Assembly: GCF_004010195.1 (NCBI RefSeq)
Contig: NC_057711.1
Coordinates: forward strand, 79,826,361 to 79,890,360
Reading direction: 5' to 3'
Source of the DNA: Chiloscyllium plagiosum
Taxonomy: Eukaryota
DNA length: 64,000 nt
Every line of letters starts with the position of its first letter. Position 1 is the stretch's first letter. The notes under the pieces are model-generated. The model saw only the letters and a list, made by a program, of their open reading frames with translations, was not told the origin of the DNA and made no database searches. Both the position numbers and the translations under genes were made by a program. Of the stretch, positions 1 through 13,427 are shown one piece after another.

Positions 1-401
1 GATAGTGACCACAATTTGGTTATGTTTACTTTAGTGATGGAAATGGATAGGTATATACTGCAGGGCAAGAATTACAGCTGGGAGAAAGGCAATTTTGATG
101 TGATTAGATAAGATTCAGGATGCATAGGATGGAGAAGGAAACTGCAGGAGATGGGCACAGTTGAAATGTGGAGTTTACTCAAGGAACAGCTACTGCAGTT
201 CCTTGATAAGTATGTACCTGTCAGGTAGGGAGGAAGATGTTGAGTGCGGGAGCCATAGTTTACTAAGGAAGTTGAATCACTTGTCAAGAGGAAGAAGGTG
301 GCTTATGTTAGGATGAGGTGTGAAGGCTCAATTAGGGTGGTTGAGAGTTACAGGTTAGCCAAGAAGGACCAAAAGAAAAAGTTAAGAATCCAGGAGGGAA
401 C

Positions 402-967
402 ATGAGAAGTTGTTGGCGGATAGGATCAAGGAAAACGCTAAGGTTTCTATAGGTATATCAGGAATAAAAGAATGACTGGAGTAAGATTAGGGCCAGTCAA
501 GGATAATAGTGGGAAATTGTGCATGGAGTTGGAGAAATAGGGGAAGCACTAAATGAATATTTTTCATCAGTATTCACACTAGAAAAAGGTAATGTTGTTG
601 AAGAGAATACTAAGATACAGGCTACTAGATTAGATGGGACTGAGATTCACAAGATGAGGTGTTAGCAATTCTGGAAGGTGTAAAATGAGAAGTTGTTGGC
701 GGATAGGATCAAGGAAAACGCTAAGGTTTCTATAGGTATATCAGGAATAAAAGAATGACTGGAGTAAGATTAGGGCCAGTCAAGGATAATAGTGGGAAAT
801 TGTGCATGGAGTCGGAGAAATAGGGGAAGCACTAAATGAATATTTTTCATCAGAATTCACACTAGAAAAAGGTAATGTTGTTGAAGAGAATACTAAGATA
901 CAGGCTACTAGATTAGATGGGACTGAGATTCACAAGGTGAGGTGTTAGCAATTCTGGAAGGTGTAAA
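402..967 (+). repeat. Tandem duplication of a 283 bp unit inside the CR1
   Basis: 402-684 recurs from 685 (atgagaagttgttggcgg...ggaaggtgtaaa) with about 3 substitutions. Confidence 0.95.
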
Positions 968-1099
968 AGTAGGTAAGTCCTCTGGACTGGATGAGATTTA
1001 TCCTAGGATTCTCTGGGAAGCCAGGGAGGAGATTGCCGAGCCTTTGGCTTTGACCTTTATGTTATCATTGTCTACAGGAATAGTGCCAGAAGACTGGAC

Positions 1100-1915
1100 T
1101 TGTTCAAAAAGGGGAATAGAGGCAACCCTGGTAATTATAGACCAGTGACCCTTACTTTGGTTGTGAGTAAAGTGTTTGAAAGGGTTATAGGAGATTGGAT
1201 TTTTAATTATCTAGAAAGAAAGAAGTTGATTAGGGATAGTCGACACAGTTTTGTGAAGGGGAGGTCATGTCTCATAAACCTTATTGAATTCTTTGAGAAG
1301 GTGACCAAACAGGTGGATGAGGGTAAAGCGGTTGATGTGGTGTGTATGGATTTCAGCAAGGTGTTTGATAAGGTTCATTACGGTTGGGTATTGCACAAAA
1401 TACAGAGGCGTGGGATTGAGGGTGATTTAGTGGTTTGGATCAGAAATTGGCTAGCTGAAAGAAGACAGAGGGTGGTGGTTGATGGGAAATTTTCATCCTG
1501 GAGTTCAATTACTAGTGGTGTACCACAAGGATCTATTTTGGGGCCACTGTTGTTTGTCATTGTTGTAAATGACGTGGATGAGGGCATAGAAGGATGGGTT
1601 AGTAAATTTGCGGATGACACTAAAGTCAGTAGAGTTTTGGATAGTGAGGAAAGATGTTGTAGGTTACAGAGGGACATAGATAAGCTGCAGAGCTGGGCTG
1701 AGAGGTGGAAAATGGACTTTAATGTGGAAAAGTGTGAGATGATTCACTTTGGAAGGAGCAACAGGAATGAAGAGTACTGGGCTAATAGTAAGATTCTTGG
1801 TAGTGTAGATGAGCAGAGAGATCTCAGTGTCCATGTATATAGATCCCTGAAAGTTGCCATCCAGGATGATAGGGTTGTTAAGAAGGCACACGGCGTGTTA
1901 GTTTTTATTGATTGA
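1100..1915 (+). pseudogene. CR1 ORF2 reverse transcriptase core, frameshifted on both sides
   Basis: NYRPVTL, MDFSKVFDKV, GVPQGSILGPLLF and KFADDTK motifs. Confidence 0.93.
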
Positions 1916-2119
1916 GGGATTGAGTTTCAGAACCATGAGGTCATGCTGCAGCTGTATAAAACTCTGGTGCGACTGCACTTGCAGTATTGCATACAGTTCT
2001 GGTCACTGCATTATAGAAAGGATGTGGAAGCTTTGGAAAGAGTTCAGAGCAGATTTACGAGGATGTTGCCTGGTTTGGAGGGAAGGTCTTATGAGGAAAG
2101 GCTGAATGACTTGAGGCTA

Positions 2120-2177
2120 ACTGAACCCGGGTCTCAGGTGCTGTGAGGCAGCAGTGCTAACCACTGTGCCACCGTGC
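2120..2177 (-). mobile_element. HE1-type SINE 5' head only (tRNA-derived, A box to B box)
   Basis: Reverse complement reads ggcacggtggcacagtggttagcactgctgcctcacagcacctgagacccgggttc, matching the heads of the SINEs at 60637 and 41046. Confidence 0.9.
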
Positions 2178-3019
2178 CGAGGATGTTGCCTGGTTTGGAG
2201 GGAAGGTCTTATGAGGAAAGGCTGAATGACTTGAGGCTATTTTCTTTGGAGAGAAGAAGATCGAGAGGTGAGTTAATTGAGACAGATAAGATAAGCAGAG
2301 GGTTAGATAGGTTGGACAGTAAGAGCCATTTTCCTCGGATGGCAATAGCTAGAACGAGGGGCATAGCTTTAAATTGAAGGGTGATAGATACAGGACAGGT
2401 GTCAGAGGCATTTTCTTTATTCAGAGAATAGTAGAGGCATGGAATACACTGCCTGCAACAGAAGTAGACTCGCCAACTTTAAGGGCATTTAAATGGTCAT
2501 TGTATAGACTTATGGACGAAAATGAAATAGCGTAGGTTAGATGCGGTTCAGATTGGTTTCACAGGTTGGCACAATATCAAGGGCTGAAGGCCCTTTACTG
2601 TGCTGTAATGTTCTATGTTCTATGTTCCATCACCCTCAGCCTTACCTTTTCTATCAAGTATAGCACTAGCCTCTCAATTTTGGCATAATTTCTGGCAAAT
2701 TGTTGTTTTGTCCTTCTCCTCTATATCCTGTTTATAGTATGGACAACAAAAGTGGTCAAAGTACTCTAAACCAAAGGACTGTTAACTTACTTTCAATTTT
2801 TTGTTTTGTAAGCAAAACAGACTTCTAGGGGCACAATATGGAAGCATATATATGCTTATTCCATGCTGCATTGCATCAGATTTTTCTTTGACCTCCAGAT
2901 TGTTTATTGGAAGCATTGAAAAAGATTCATTGTAATAGTATAGCAAGACGCTCTTTGCTACAAGAGGAAACATTCTATAGCCAATCTGACAAAATCATTC
3001 ATAATTTATAAGACTGTAT

Positions 3020-4660
3020 TAGATTCTCCTTAGCCTTCTTCAAAAGAAAGAAGCCCCAGCCTGTCAAGACTTTCCTGATAGGTTTACCCATGCATTCCCA
3101 ATGTGAATCATCTCTGTATTCTCTCCACGCCTCTATTCCTTTCTTCATATAATATTACAACATGGCTGCAGACAGAACTCTAGGTGTAGTCTAAACCAAG
3201 GTTCAATGGCATAACTTTAGAAATAAAGCTGATATACGGTTTGCTTTTTGTGGTCTTGGTAGCCTATGGTAGTCTTGGTAGTTTGTCTTTTAGTGATGGC
3301 TTTACTTGAAACTTAAAATCCCTTTCTTCCTCTCCACTACCTCAACTTGTAACTTCCAAGTACTGTAATAAGTGACCTTCCTGATTTTTCTACCTAAATT
3401 CGCATTTATCTGTGTTGAGTTTCATTTATAAGTCATCCTGAAATTGTTAAAGTCACTCTGCCATTTGATATCATTCTGAAATTTAGAACTTGTGTTTTTG
3501 ATTCCAAAGTGCAAATAATTAATGTAAATTGTGAACTGCAGTGATCCCAGAATTTTTCCTGGTGGGACACAACTTCCTACTCTCTGTCTCTTTGAATAAA
3601 CGCCCATTATGGCCAGACCTTATTTTCTGGCCTGAAGCTAATTAGCAATTTATTCTTCTATTTGTCCTTTGACTCCACACACTATAATGGGTCACTTTGG
3701 CAAAGGTCTTTTGAAAATAAAAATAAATTACATCTAGTGCATTATTATTGTCTATCCTAGTAACACCTTAGAAAATTCAATAAGGCTAATTAAGCAACAT
3801 TTTCCTTTTGAAATCAATTATGATTATTTTATTTCAAGATGTTCTTCTATTCTTTCCTTAAGTATGATTCCATTATATTTCCTCCCATGATGTTAAGCTG
3901 ACTAATCCAGAACTCTACGCATGCTGTTATCCTTGTTAAATGGATGAATTTCATTAGCTGTCCAACAGTCCTTTAGAAGTATACCTTTTTCTGACAAGTA
4001 TGAAGTACATGTCTGTAAATTATTTCACCATTTTGTTTCATGCTCCTTGATCATTTTTAATTGCTTGTTTCTCTTTGCTCTCCTTCTCACTTTCCTTCTC
4101 GCCTAATACTTTTATATCATTCTTATCCAGCACTCTTTTGCTGTCAATGCAATTAATGTATGTCTCTTTCCAACCCTCAATTCTTCACTTATGTCTTTAT
4201 TCGTCTATGGATTTCCATTATTGTTTAGTTTGTCCTTTCAGTTTAGCAGGTTACTTTTACTCAGTACCCTCCTGAATACTGTTTTAAGTGTTTCTTATTG
4301 TTGTTTGACATCATTATTTACCAATATGATGGTCCACTTTATTTTTGCAAGTTTTATTCCCCGACCCCCTCTAAATTTACTTTTATCCAAAGTATTGACT
4401 TTTTCTTGATGTTTGCGTATTTATCTATCTTCTCTTTAAAGTGTATTGTATTGTGGTCACAATTGGCTAGATGCTGCCCTATCCTCACTCTCTTGCCTTC
4501 TCTTGATCATTCCCTATTACCAAATTCAAAGATGAACCCCGCCTTATTGGGCTTTTTGCATATTAGGTTACAAAGGGGTCCCCTTTTATTCCATTATCAA
4601 TTTTAACTATGTCTTCTATCAACTTAATTTCGAAGTGCAGGTACATTACCTTAAATCTGG
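3020..4660 (-). mobile_element. Old, degenerate CR1 fragments
   Basis: Minus-strand remnants VPPGKILGSLQFTIYINYL and SKFQNDIK resemble the RT PQGS and FADD region; boundaries approximate. Confidence 0.65.
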
Positions 4661-5809
4661 TAATGTCAGGGCCAAGGCAGTGCTGGATTTTGGGTTTGCA
4701 GATTGCACTGGGGCCACCTTCAGTCAAACCAGGTCAGGTGGAGCCAAGGATCAATTGGAGTGCTGAGCAAAGCCAATAAGAAATCTGATGCTAGTTCAAT
4801 TCCCAGCCAGATTGTCCTGGGTAAGTGTTAGTTTAAATTAATTTAGTTTTAAGTATTAAATAATAATTAAGTGTTACAAAATTTGATTCCAAAGGCTTTT
4901 GGACAGCTGGATTTGAGACAGTTTACCTGTATTGAAAGCTTCCCTTCTTCTTTCCCTTTTCTTCCTCAATTCCCAGAGGAAAATACCAATATTCCTTCCT
5001 TGAGTTCTTGTCCACTATTAGGTGGAGTCTAGGCCGTGACAACTGTTTTTTAAAATGGTTTTGAGGCTGACACTGTAGGCAGTCAAACATGCAGCATCAC
5101 ATCACCAGGCCCCATGCTAATTGCCTGATATCGTCCAATCCCAAGAATTTTCAGTGATGGCAGATCAAGGTTAAATTACTTCCCATCAGGCCAATTAATG
5201 TTACTCTTCGACCCTTTCAACGTCACATTCCCAGAATAATGAAGATCTCATCTTCAGGCTAACAAGATGGGCTTATGGCAGCGTGCAAGGTTGGGAGATG
5301 GGCATGGTAATGGATCAAATGAGAAAACACTCTTGACCCAAAACAGCTGCTGGGCACCATTTTTGTCTGTTTCCTTCCTGTGTAGGGGTTGTCCTTCCAC
5401 CATCATGGCTAAGCAGCTTGTGCTTGGTTTAAATAAAAAAAACTTTTTTTCCTTCTTCAGAGGTTGCCTCCACATGGAGGAAACATCTCCTTCTTTATTA
5501 TGAATCTGTAGTTCTCACATCCTTGAGTGGGGCTGCTGATATCTCAGTGCTGAAGGGTCTCACATTATCCCTTTTATCTCAGGAGCCTGCCCAGCTTCTT
5601 TATTTGACCATTGAGCCTCCTCCTTATCATTAATTGGCCTAGCCCTACGAAAATACCAATGGTCATGTTTGGAACACACTGTGCAATGTCAGGACTCAGA
5701 ACTGAACTTGAGGCTGTGTTCCAACACAGAATTGAAAATCCTATTCATTTGATTGACCATTTATTATATTTTATCCCTATCCATGTTATAGCTCAATGTG
5801 CTACCTCTT

Positions 5810-8800
5810 CAAGTAAGCATCTAACCTCGAGCCATTTGACTATCTTGTTCCCTTAACTTGGCACATTGTTCATTTTCAAATAAGCATCTGATTCCTTTTT
5901 GAATGCCTTGGTGGAACCTGCTTTCACCTTACTACCAGGTAATGTATTTCAGACCCTAACCACTCGTTAAATGTGGAAAGATTTTCCTTATATCATTTGT
6001 GCTCATTTTACAAATCATTTATAATCGGTACCCTCTCATGCTTTCTCCTTTCACAAGTATGAATGCTTTATTCTTGTAACTCTGTCCAGCCCTTCCATGA
6101 TTTTCAACACTTTAATGAGATCTCCTCCCAGGCTTCTCTTTCCCAATAAAAACAATCCAACTGTTCTAATCTATCTTCATAATGGAATTTCCTCATCCCT
6201 GGAATCATGCTTGCGAAAGTCTTCTGCTTTGTCTCTAATGTCTTCACATCCTTCCTGATGTGCAGCACACAGAACTGGACACAGTACTCCAACCAAGGCA
6301 GAACTAGTGAGATATAAGTTCACCATAATTCCTTGCTCTTTTATTCTATTGCACTATTAATGAAACCTAGATTACTGCGTACTTTATTAAATGCTCTCTT
6401 GAACTGTCCTGCCACCTTTAATGACTTATGCGCACACACACTCAAGTCCTCTGCTCCTGTAACCTCTTTAGAGTTGTATGCTTTATGTTATGCTGTCTCT
6501 ACATGTTATTCTGACCAAATTGAATTCAATTCTCCACCTATCCATCTAATCCACCAACTTGTCTGTGTTGTTTTAAAGTGTTGTACTGTTCTTACAGTTT
6601 ACAATGCTCACAAGTTTTGTATCATCCACAAGTTTTGATATTGTTCCCTGTTCACCAAGGTCTAAATCATTAACATAACTCAGGATAAACACTGACCCCC
6701 TGGGAGTTCCACTACAAACAACCCCCATTAACCTATATTGTCTGTTTCCTGTCACTCAGCCAATTTTACATCAATGTTCTTACTGTCCCTTTTATTTCAT
6801 GGGATCTAATTTTTCATACAATTTTTTTCTGTTGTGCAGTATTGTATCAAATGCCTTCTAGGTATCCATCCATATCACATCAACAGCATTGCTCTGACCA
6901 ACCCTCTGTTATCTCATCAAAAAACTCTAGTAAATTTCTTAAATATGATTTTTCTTTATGACATCTATGCTGGTTCTTCTTAATAAACCTAAATTAATCA
7001 ATGCAACTATTAATGTTGTCTCAAAGGTTTTCCATCACTAAAGTTAAATCAACTGGTAACTGCTCAGTTTGTCCTTACACCCTTTTTCAACAAGTTTAGA
7101 ATATTTGTAGTATTTTCAGATCTCTGGTACCACCCCTGAGTCTAAAGAAAGCTAAAAGAATTGTTGCAAGCACTGTGTGTGTGAGTTACTCAAAGCCTGA
7201 AGTGATTTGGTCTGCATTTAAAAAATGCATTTTTCTGGTCTAGCTTGACGTGTCTTGAGTAAATAACTTGATGCTTATTGAATTTCTGCAACTATTTGCT
7301 ATTTACATGAATCTAGCTTCTGTTCCTACACAGGATAAAGCACACGAGGGTCATGTCTCTCTCTTACAAGCTACTTCTTTACTCTGCTCAAGTGCCCATG
7401 TTATCATTAAGTGGGTTGGAACTTACTGTAGTTCATCAAATATTAATCTTTTTAACCTCTTTCAGATGCACATGCAGCAATAAGTATATCTGCAATTTTC
7501 ATTTTCATTTCCCTCACTTTCTTTAAATGCGTCTCATTTAGTCCTGGCATCAGATTTAAGTAAAGGCAGCTTTTCCAATACTTCCTCCTTACAAATTTTG
7601 AACTCTTCTACTGACTGTATTTCATCCTCTATCACCATAACTTGGGTAGCATCTTCTTCCTTGATAAAGACAGGTCAATATCTTTATTTAATACTTCAGC
7701 CATGCCCTCTGTCTCTGTGTATAAATCTCTTCCTTTGGTCCTTAAGCAGTCACATGCTTCCTTTCCTACCCTTTTACAGAAAACGTTGGGACTTCCTTTT
7801 ATATTATCTGCCAGTATCTTTTCATAATTCCTCTTTGTTTCTCTTATTTGCTTTTCCACTGCCCTTCTGAACCCTCTGTATTCAGGCTTGTCCTCAATTG
7901 TATTTTCTATCTGATATTTGTTATGAGCACACCTCTTTATCATAAATTTGATCCTTTTTCTCATCTAAGCAGCTCTAGGTTTGTTTGCCTTACTTTTCCT
8001 TTTTGAGGGAAAAAAAACTTGGCTATACCTGAACAATTCTTTGAATGTAGCCCATCATTTGGATACATTTCTCCTTTAATCTTTGATTTCAATTTATTCG
8101 ACACAGATTCATTCTTGCCTGAAGGGATTTGGCTTTCCCACAATTAATTATTCTAATGCTAGATTGTATATTACCTTTTCCATAGTCACAGTTGTTGTGG
8201 GAATGTTCACCAAACTGGGAAGTTGGTTTGTCAGTTTCTTCCCCTTTCTAGGTGACATCTTCAGTGCTATGGAGCCTCCTGTGAATTGGAACTAGCAACT
8301 GGAAGCAACGGGAAGAGCCCAAATAAATTCCACTGACACAGTACAGCAGTGCTTCATAGGAGGCTCCGCAGCTCTGAGCATGTCACCTAGAAAGAGGAAG
8401 AAACCAGCAAACCAACTTCCTAGCTCGGCGAACATACCCATAACAACCAGCACCTGAGCTACAGATCTTTACACAAACCTATTCTTTAGTCACTCTAAGC
8501 CTTATGGTTTGTGATTATTCTTTATCAACTTATCATTACCATTTATTATTGAAATGAAAGCATATTACTGGAGAAAATTGTCTTCAGCATGTTGTCAGAA
8601 TCCTTTCCTTTCTCTGCTTTGTGTACTACTACTATTCTAGTTTATATTTGATTTTTAAAAAGTCCTCCATTAGAACTACTCAATAATTCTTCCACTTCTT
8701 TGTAAACTCCTTTCAAATTTGATTCTCTATATCCCTTCCTGTTAGTTTGCACCCAAATGCAACATTAAGCAATGCCATTGCACTTTTATTTGTTTCTAGC

Positions 8801-9740
8801 CTTGAGCAATTCTTAGCCCCTCTAAGACATCCACTTTTTCCAGTACTGAAATGCTGTTATGAATCTGTTACTTCTCCCCATTTTTGTCCTTTCCTATCTT
8901 TCTTGAACACCTTTTACCCAGGAATATTTAACACCTGTCCCTGCTCTTCTTTGCTCCACATTTCAATTGTAGCCACAACATCATATTTACCTTGATAACC
9001 TCTCCCTGGAATTCATAATGTCTTATTTACCACATTCTTTACATTCAGATACATTATCTTGATTCAGACTTTATTATTTTTTGCCTTACTCTGACTTCAT
9101 CTATTAGCTTACTGCTCTTTGTCTCACTTTTGAATCTTTGTATTCCAGTCTGATGTCACCTCCTGATTCCCATACCCCTTCTGATATATTTTAAATCCTC
9201 CACTATTAAGATATCCCACAAGAAACTCAGTCCCAGCTTTGTTTACTTGCCAACCATCCAACCGATATAACCCCATGTCTCATAGAGAGGGTCCCATGTG
9301 GATTCTATTTTTAATCTTGTTGATATCTGAGTCCCACCCTTTATATGACTTGCCTGCTTTATCTTTTCCAACATGTGTTACACCACATGATGTTTAATTT
9401 CCAGTCCTGATCTTGTTGCAACCATGCTCAGTAGTCCCTACAATGTTTGGTTCCTCCCACTGTCTTCGGCTATCATTTTCCATTATGGACATTGTGCATA
9501 TTTCTATCCAGACATTTAATGCGCCAAAAGAAGGATTTCCTCCCATTTCATGTTGAGCCAGCTTTTTAAATTCCTATTTTCTTTCATTCTATTTAGTTCC
9601 TTGTTTCTCCTTACTTTATTTTTCCATTTGCCCTGCTTTGGTTACACTGTGGCCATTTCTGTTTCTTGTGGATTCTGCCCCTGTTTTACCAGTTTAAAGC
9701 CATTCCCGCCTTCCTGTTTATCTTTTCTGCTATTACATGG
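5810..9740 (-). mobile_element. Old CR1 with internal deletions, interrupted by a PLE insert
   Basis: Minus ORFs EYCVQFC..., SGTPRGSVFILSYVNDLD...KLVDDTKL and KQIRETKRNYEKILADNIKG. Confidence 0.75.
8190..8477. mobile_element. Penelope-like terminal repeat, family C, as an inverted (hairpin) pair
   Basis: 8191-8285 is the reverse complement of about 8352-8447; same family as 40407-40590; degenerate 16 bp flanking repeat at 8174-8189 and 8478-8493. Confidence 0.75.
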
Positions 9741-9744
9741 GTCA

Positions 9745-10865
9745 TATGCCAATTTACTTCACAAAAGGTTAAGTCATAGGATAAGTGCCCATGATGTTAG
9801 AGATAGTACATTGACATGGAAAGAGAATTGGCTCATGGGCAGAAAGCAGTTAGTGGGGGTAAGGCCAATTCCTCAGGGATTCCCCAGGAATTCCTCAGGG
9901 ATCAGTGCTGATACTGCAACTGTTTACAATATATATTAATGAGTTGGAGCGAGAGAGCAAAAGTTCTGTAGCTAAATTGTACACAAAAAAAAGGAAAGGC
10001 AGGTTATGAGAAGGATAAAAACAGTTTACAGAGAGCTATTGATAGATTATGTAAGTGGGCAAAGAAGTGGCAAATTATTTAGGGAAATGCAAAATTATTC
10101 ATTTGGGAAGGGTGAACAAAGAACAGATTATTATTTAAATGGAGAAAAACTGCAGAAAGCTGCAACACAAAGAAATTTAGGGATACCTGTGCATGAAATA
10201 CAGAAAGTTAGCACACAAGTATAGCAGGTAATCAGGAAGGCTAATGAAATGTGGCCCTTATTTCAAGGTGATTAGAGGATAAGAGTAGCAACTATGTAAG
10301 GTGCTTGTGAAATCACATCTGGAGTAGTGTGAGCAATTTTGGTTCCCTTATTTAAGGAAAGATATAATTTCATTGGAGGCAGTTCAGAGAAGGTTCACTA
10401 GTATGGAGGGATTATCTTATGAGCAAAGACTAAACAGGTTGGGACTCTACTCACTGGAGTTTAGAAGAATGAGAGCTGGTCTCATTGAAACATATAAAGG
10501 ATTCCTAAGGGACCTTCTGGGTAAATTACGATAGAATGTTTACCCTCACTGGAGATTCTAGGATCAGAAAGCATAGTCTCAGAAGAAAGCAACACCAATT
10601 TAAGACTGAGATGAGCAGGAATTTCTTCTCTCATAGGGTTGTGAGTCTTTGGAGTTCCTTGCCACCGACAGCTGTGGGGGCAGAGTCCTTATGTCTAGTT
10701 AAGGCTGAGAAGGATTATTTCTTGATCAGTGGGTAAACCAAAGTTTATGGGGAAAGGGCAGGAAAGTGGATGTGAGGAATGTCGGATCAGCCATGTTCTT
10801 ATTGAATGGTGGAGCAGACTCGAGGGGCTGAACAGCCTAATCCTGCTCCTATCTGTTTATAATTG
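9745..10865 (+). mobile_element. CR1 3' fragment, decayed
   Basis: YYLNGEKLQ and RNFFSHRVVSLWSSLP motifs; CR1-type 3' UTR (ggggctgaacagccta...ctcctatc). Confidence 0.85.
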
Positions 10866-11609
10866 TTTGGTCTAAGGTGGATCCTACCCCAATAGTACAG
10901 CTCCTTGTTATCCCTGAACTGTTGCTCTTGTCTCATGAAAAGGAATACATCTTTCTGACACCATACCTTTAATACTATACCCAATTCTAGTTTGAATTGC
11001 TGCCCTCGATGAGAGGAAATGAAAAAAAAGCTTAAGACTCATTGACCAGTCACCCGTCTGCTTGCCTAATTAATCTCTCTGCACTTCAGCTTCTAAGTCT
11101 TGCTGTCTCTGACCAGAACAACACCGTGCGACAAATATCAACATCAACACCAAATCCTGAAAACACCAACAGGCTAAAGAATTTGTCTGCGTATAAGAGC
11201 CTGAATGTCACAGAGCCCATTCAGTCTATCAATCCATGCTGGGTCTCTGTAGGACAATTCAGTCTGTCTCATTCCCTGTAATAATCCTGTCGCCCTGCAA
11301 GCTATTTCCTTTTTGCCCTTGAAATTTCTTTTACTAATCATTATCAGTTATATTTTCACTCCACTCATAAGCAGCAAGTTCCAGGTCATTGCTATTTGTT
11401 GTGTTAAAAAATTAAACCTCCTTATATTTCCCTAGTACCTTTTGTCCAGAATCCTAAATCTGCGTTTTCCAATTCTTGTGTCATCAACTAATAGGAACAG
11501 GTTTTATTGTTTATTTTATTTAAACCTGTTACAACTTTGCGCATGGCTGTCAAATCTGCATTGCAATTACCTTTCTTCCAATTGCAACCAACTAATCAAT
11601 ACAAACTAC

Positions 11610-12345
11610 TTAGAATCATAGACTCATACAGTATGGAAACAGACCCTTCAGTCCAACCGGTCCATGCCAAACATAATCCCAAACTAAACTAGCCCCACCA
11701 ACTTGTTCCTGGCCCTTATCCCTCTAAACCGTTCCTATTCGTGTACTTACCTAAGTGTCTATTAAATGTTGTAACTATGCCTGTATCCACCACTTCCTCA
11801 GGACGTTCATTCCACATGTGAACCACCCTTTCTATAAAAAAATTGCCCACATGCCTTTTTTAAATCTCTCTCTTCTCACATTAGATATATGCCTCCTAGT
11901 CTTGAAATCCCTAATTCTAGGGAAAGAAACCACTAATTACTAAACCGTTAATCGAAGTGATACCCCTCATGATTTTATAAATCTCCATAAGGTCTCCTCT
12001 CAACCTCGTATGTTATATTGAAAAAGTCCTAATCTATCCAGTCTTCCTTTATACAAACCTTCCGTACCTGGCAACTTCCTGGTAAATCCCTTCTGATCCC
12101 GCTCGAGATTAAAAATATCCCCCTTACAACAAGGCAATCAGAACTCGATACAGTACTCCAGAAGACACCTCGCCAATATCTTGTACAACCTCAACATGAC
12201 TTCACAACTCTTATACTCACAGCACTGAGTAATGAAGACAAGCATTCTAAATGCCTTTTTAACCATCCTATCAACATGTGACGCAAATTTCAAAGAATTA
12301 TATACCTGAATCCTTAGGTCCCTTTGTTCTATAACACTACCCACT
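11610..12345 (-). mobile_element. CR1 3' fragment
   Basis: Minus ORF EQRDLRIQVYNSLK...MLRLYKILARCLLEYC; tail at about 11611-11630. Confidence 0.88.
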
Positions 12346-12502
12346 TGTACACTTATACACATCTGATAATTTAGGAATATGTATACAGGACTTAATAAGT
12401 AACTGGTACTTGGTTCTAACTGAACCTTCTTTGGGAAGTTTTATTGTCACGAACCCTTCTTGCAATACTAGTCTATAAGCCTTACCAGTTTTAAGGGTAA
12501 AG

Positions 12503-12578
12503 GAAAGAATGAGGACTGCAGATGCTGGAGATCAGAGTCGGAAAGTGTGGTGTGAAAAAGCACAGTCGGTCAGACAGA
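12503..12578 (-). mobile_element. Penelope-like family A 3' terminal fragment
   Basis: gaggactgcagatgctggagatcagagtc matches the terminus of the PLE at 26256. Confidence 0.75.
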
Positions 12579-13427
12579 GGAACTTACATGACTAACAAGA
12601 AATAGTTTATTACATCATGCTATCTCCTAAGGAGCTATGCTATATGACTGTAGAACTGATGAGCAACTTACAATAAATTAGAAGAACAAACAGCTTCTCT
12701 TAAAGCATTTTTGATATCTCTTTGATATCTCAAAAAAAAAGCTTTTGAGTTAACCTGTTCAAGCCAACTGCCTTATACAGAATTAATAATTAATACAAGG
12801 TATGTTTTCAGGATAGATGGTGAGCCAAGAAAATAGGAGCCATCGGCATCATGGTTCAATTAAAATCTATTAATTTATCTTCACAAGAGACATCACTTCT
12901 GCCAAATGATAATTTGAAAGCGCGTTGTAATGAATAAAACTATGCTGTCTTTGAATAAATTGCCTATTCTCTGTATGCTTGCTTACTCTTTCAGAAAACC
13001 ATTTGCTGGAATCTGCTGTCCCAGAGGCTGTTTTGAATGAATTTATATCATGACCTAAACTGCAATCTGTAGTCCATATTACCTGAATTATAGTCAATGC
13101 CTTTCTGATTATTTTATACATGTAGTCTCAACATCAATATCACAACAATTATATTTACCTAATTGTGCAACAACATTTTCTCTGACACGTGGGGATGCTC
13201 AAATAGCTTCTTCAGAGTTTGAAGAGAAATCAAACCAGCATTAGTACCTTTTGCTTCCCAGTTTACTCAATATAGAATTAAGAACAGAAATTAATCCATG
13301 TTTACCTATTTAAAAATCATACAACACCAGGTCATAGTCCAACAGATTTATTTGGAAGCACTAATTTTCAGAGTACCACTCCATCAGGTAGTTGTAGAGA
13401 ATAAGATCATGAGCACAGAATTTATAG

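Larger units (their letters stand above)
1..2627 (+). mobile_element. CR1-clade LINE, ORF2 and 3' end; 5' part lies outside the window
   Basis: RT ORF at 1100-1915; C-terminal LYKTLVRLHLQYCIQFW motif; 3' UTR ending in (TTCTATG)n at about 2611-2627. Confidence 0.95.

Noticed and set aside
1100..1915. Active or domesticated reverse transcriptase
   Set aside because: Frameshifts, stops and duplications in the flanking ORF2 mark it as an ordinary dead CR1
12985..13085. Possible exon on either strand
   Set aside because: Splice signals incomplete; + frames stop quickly and the minus acceptor is weak
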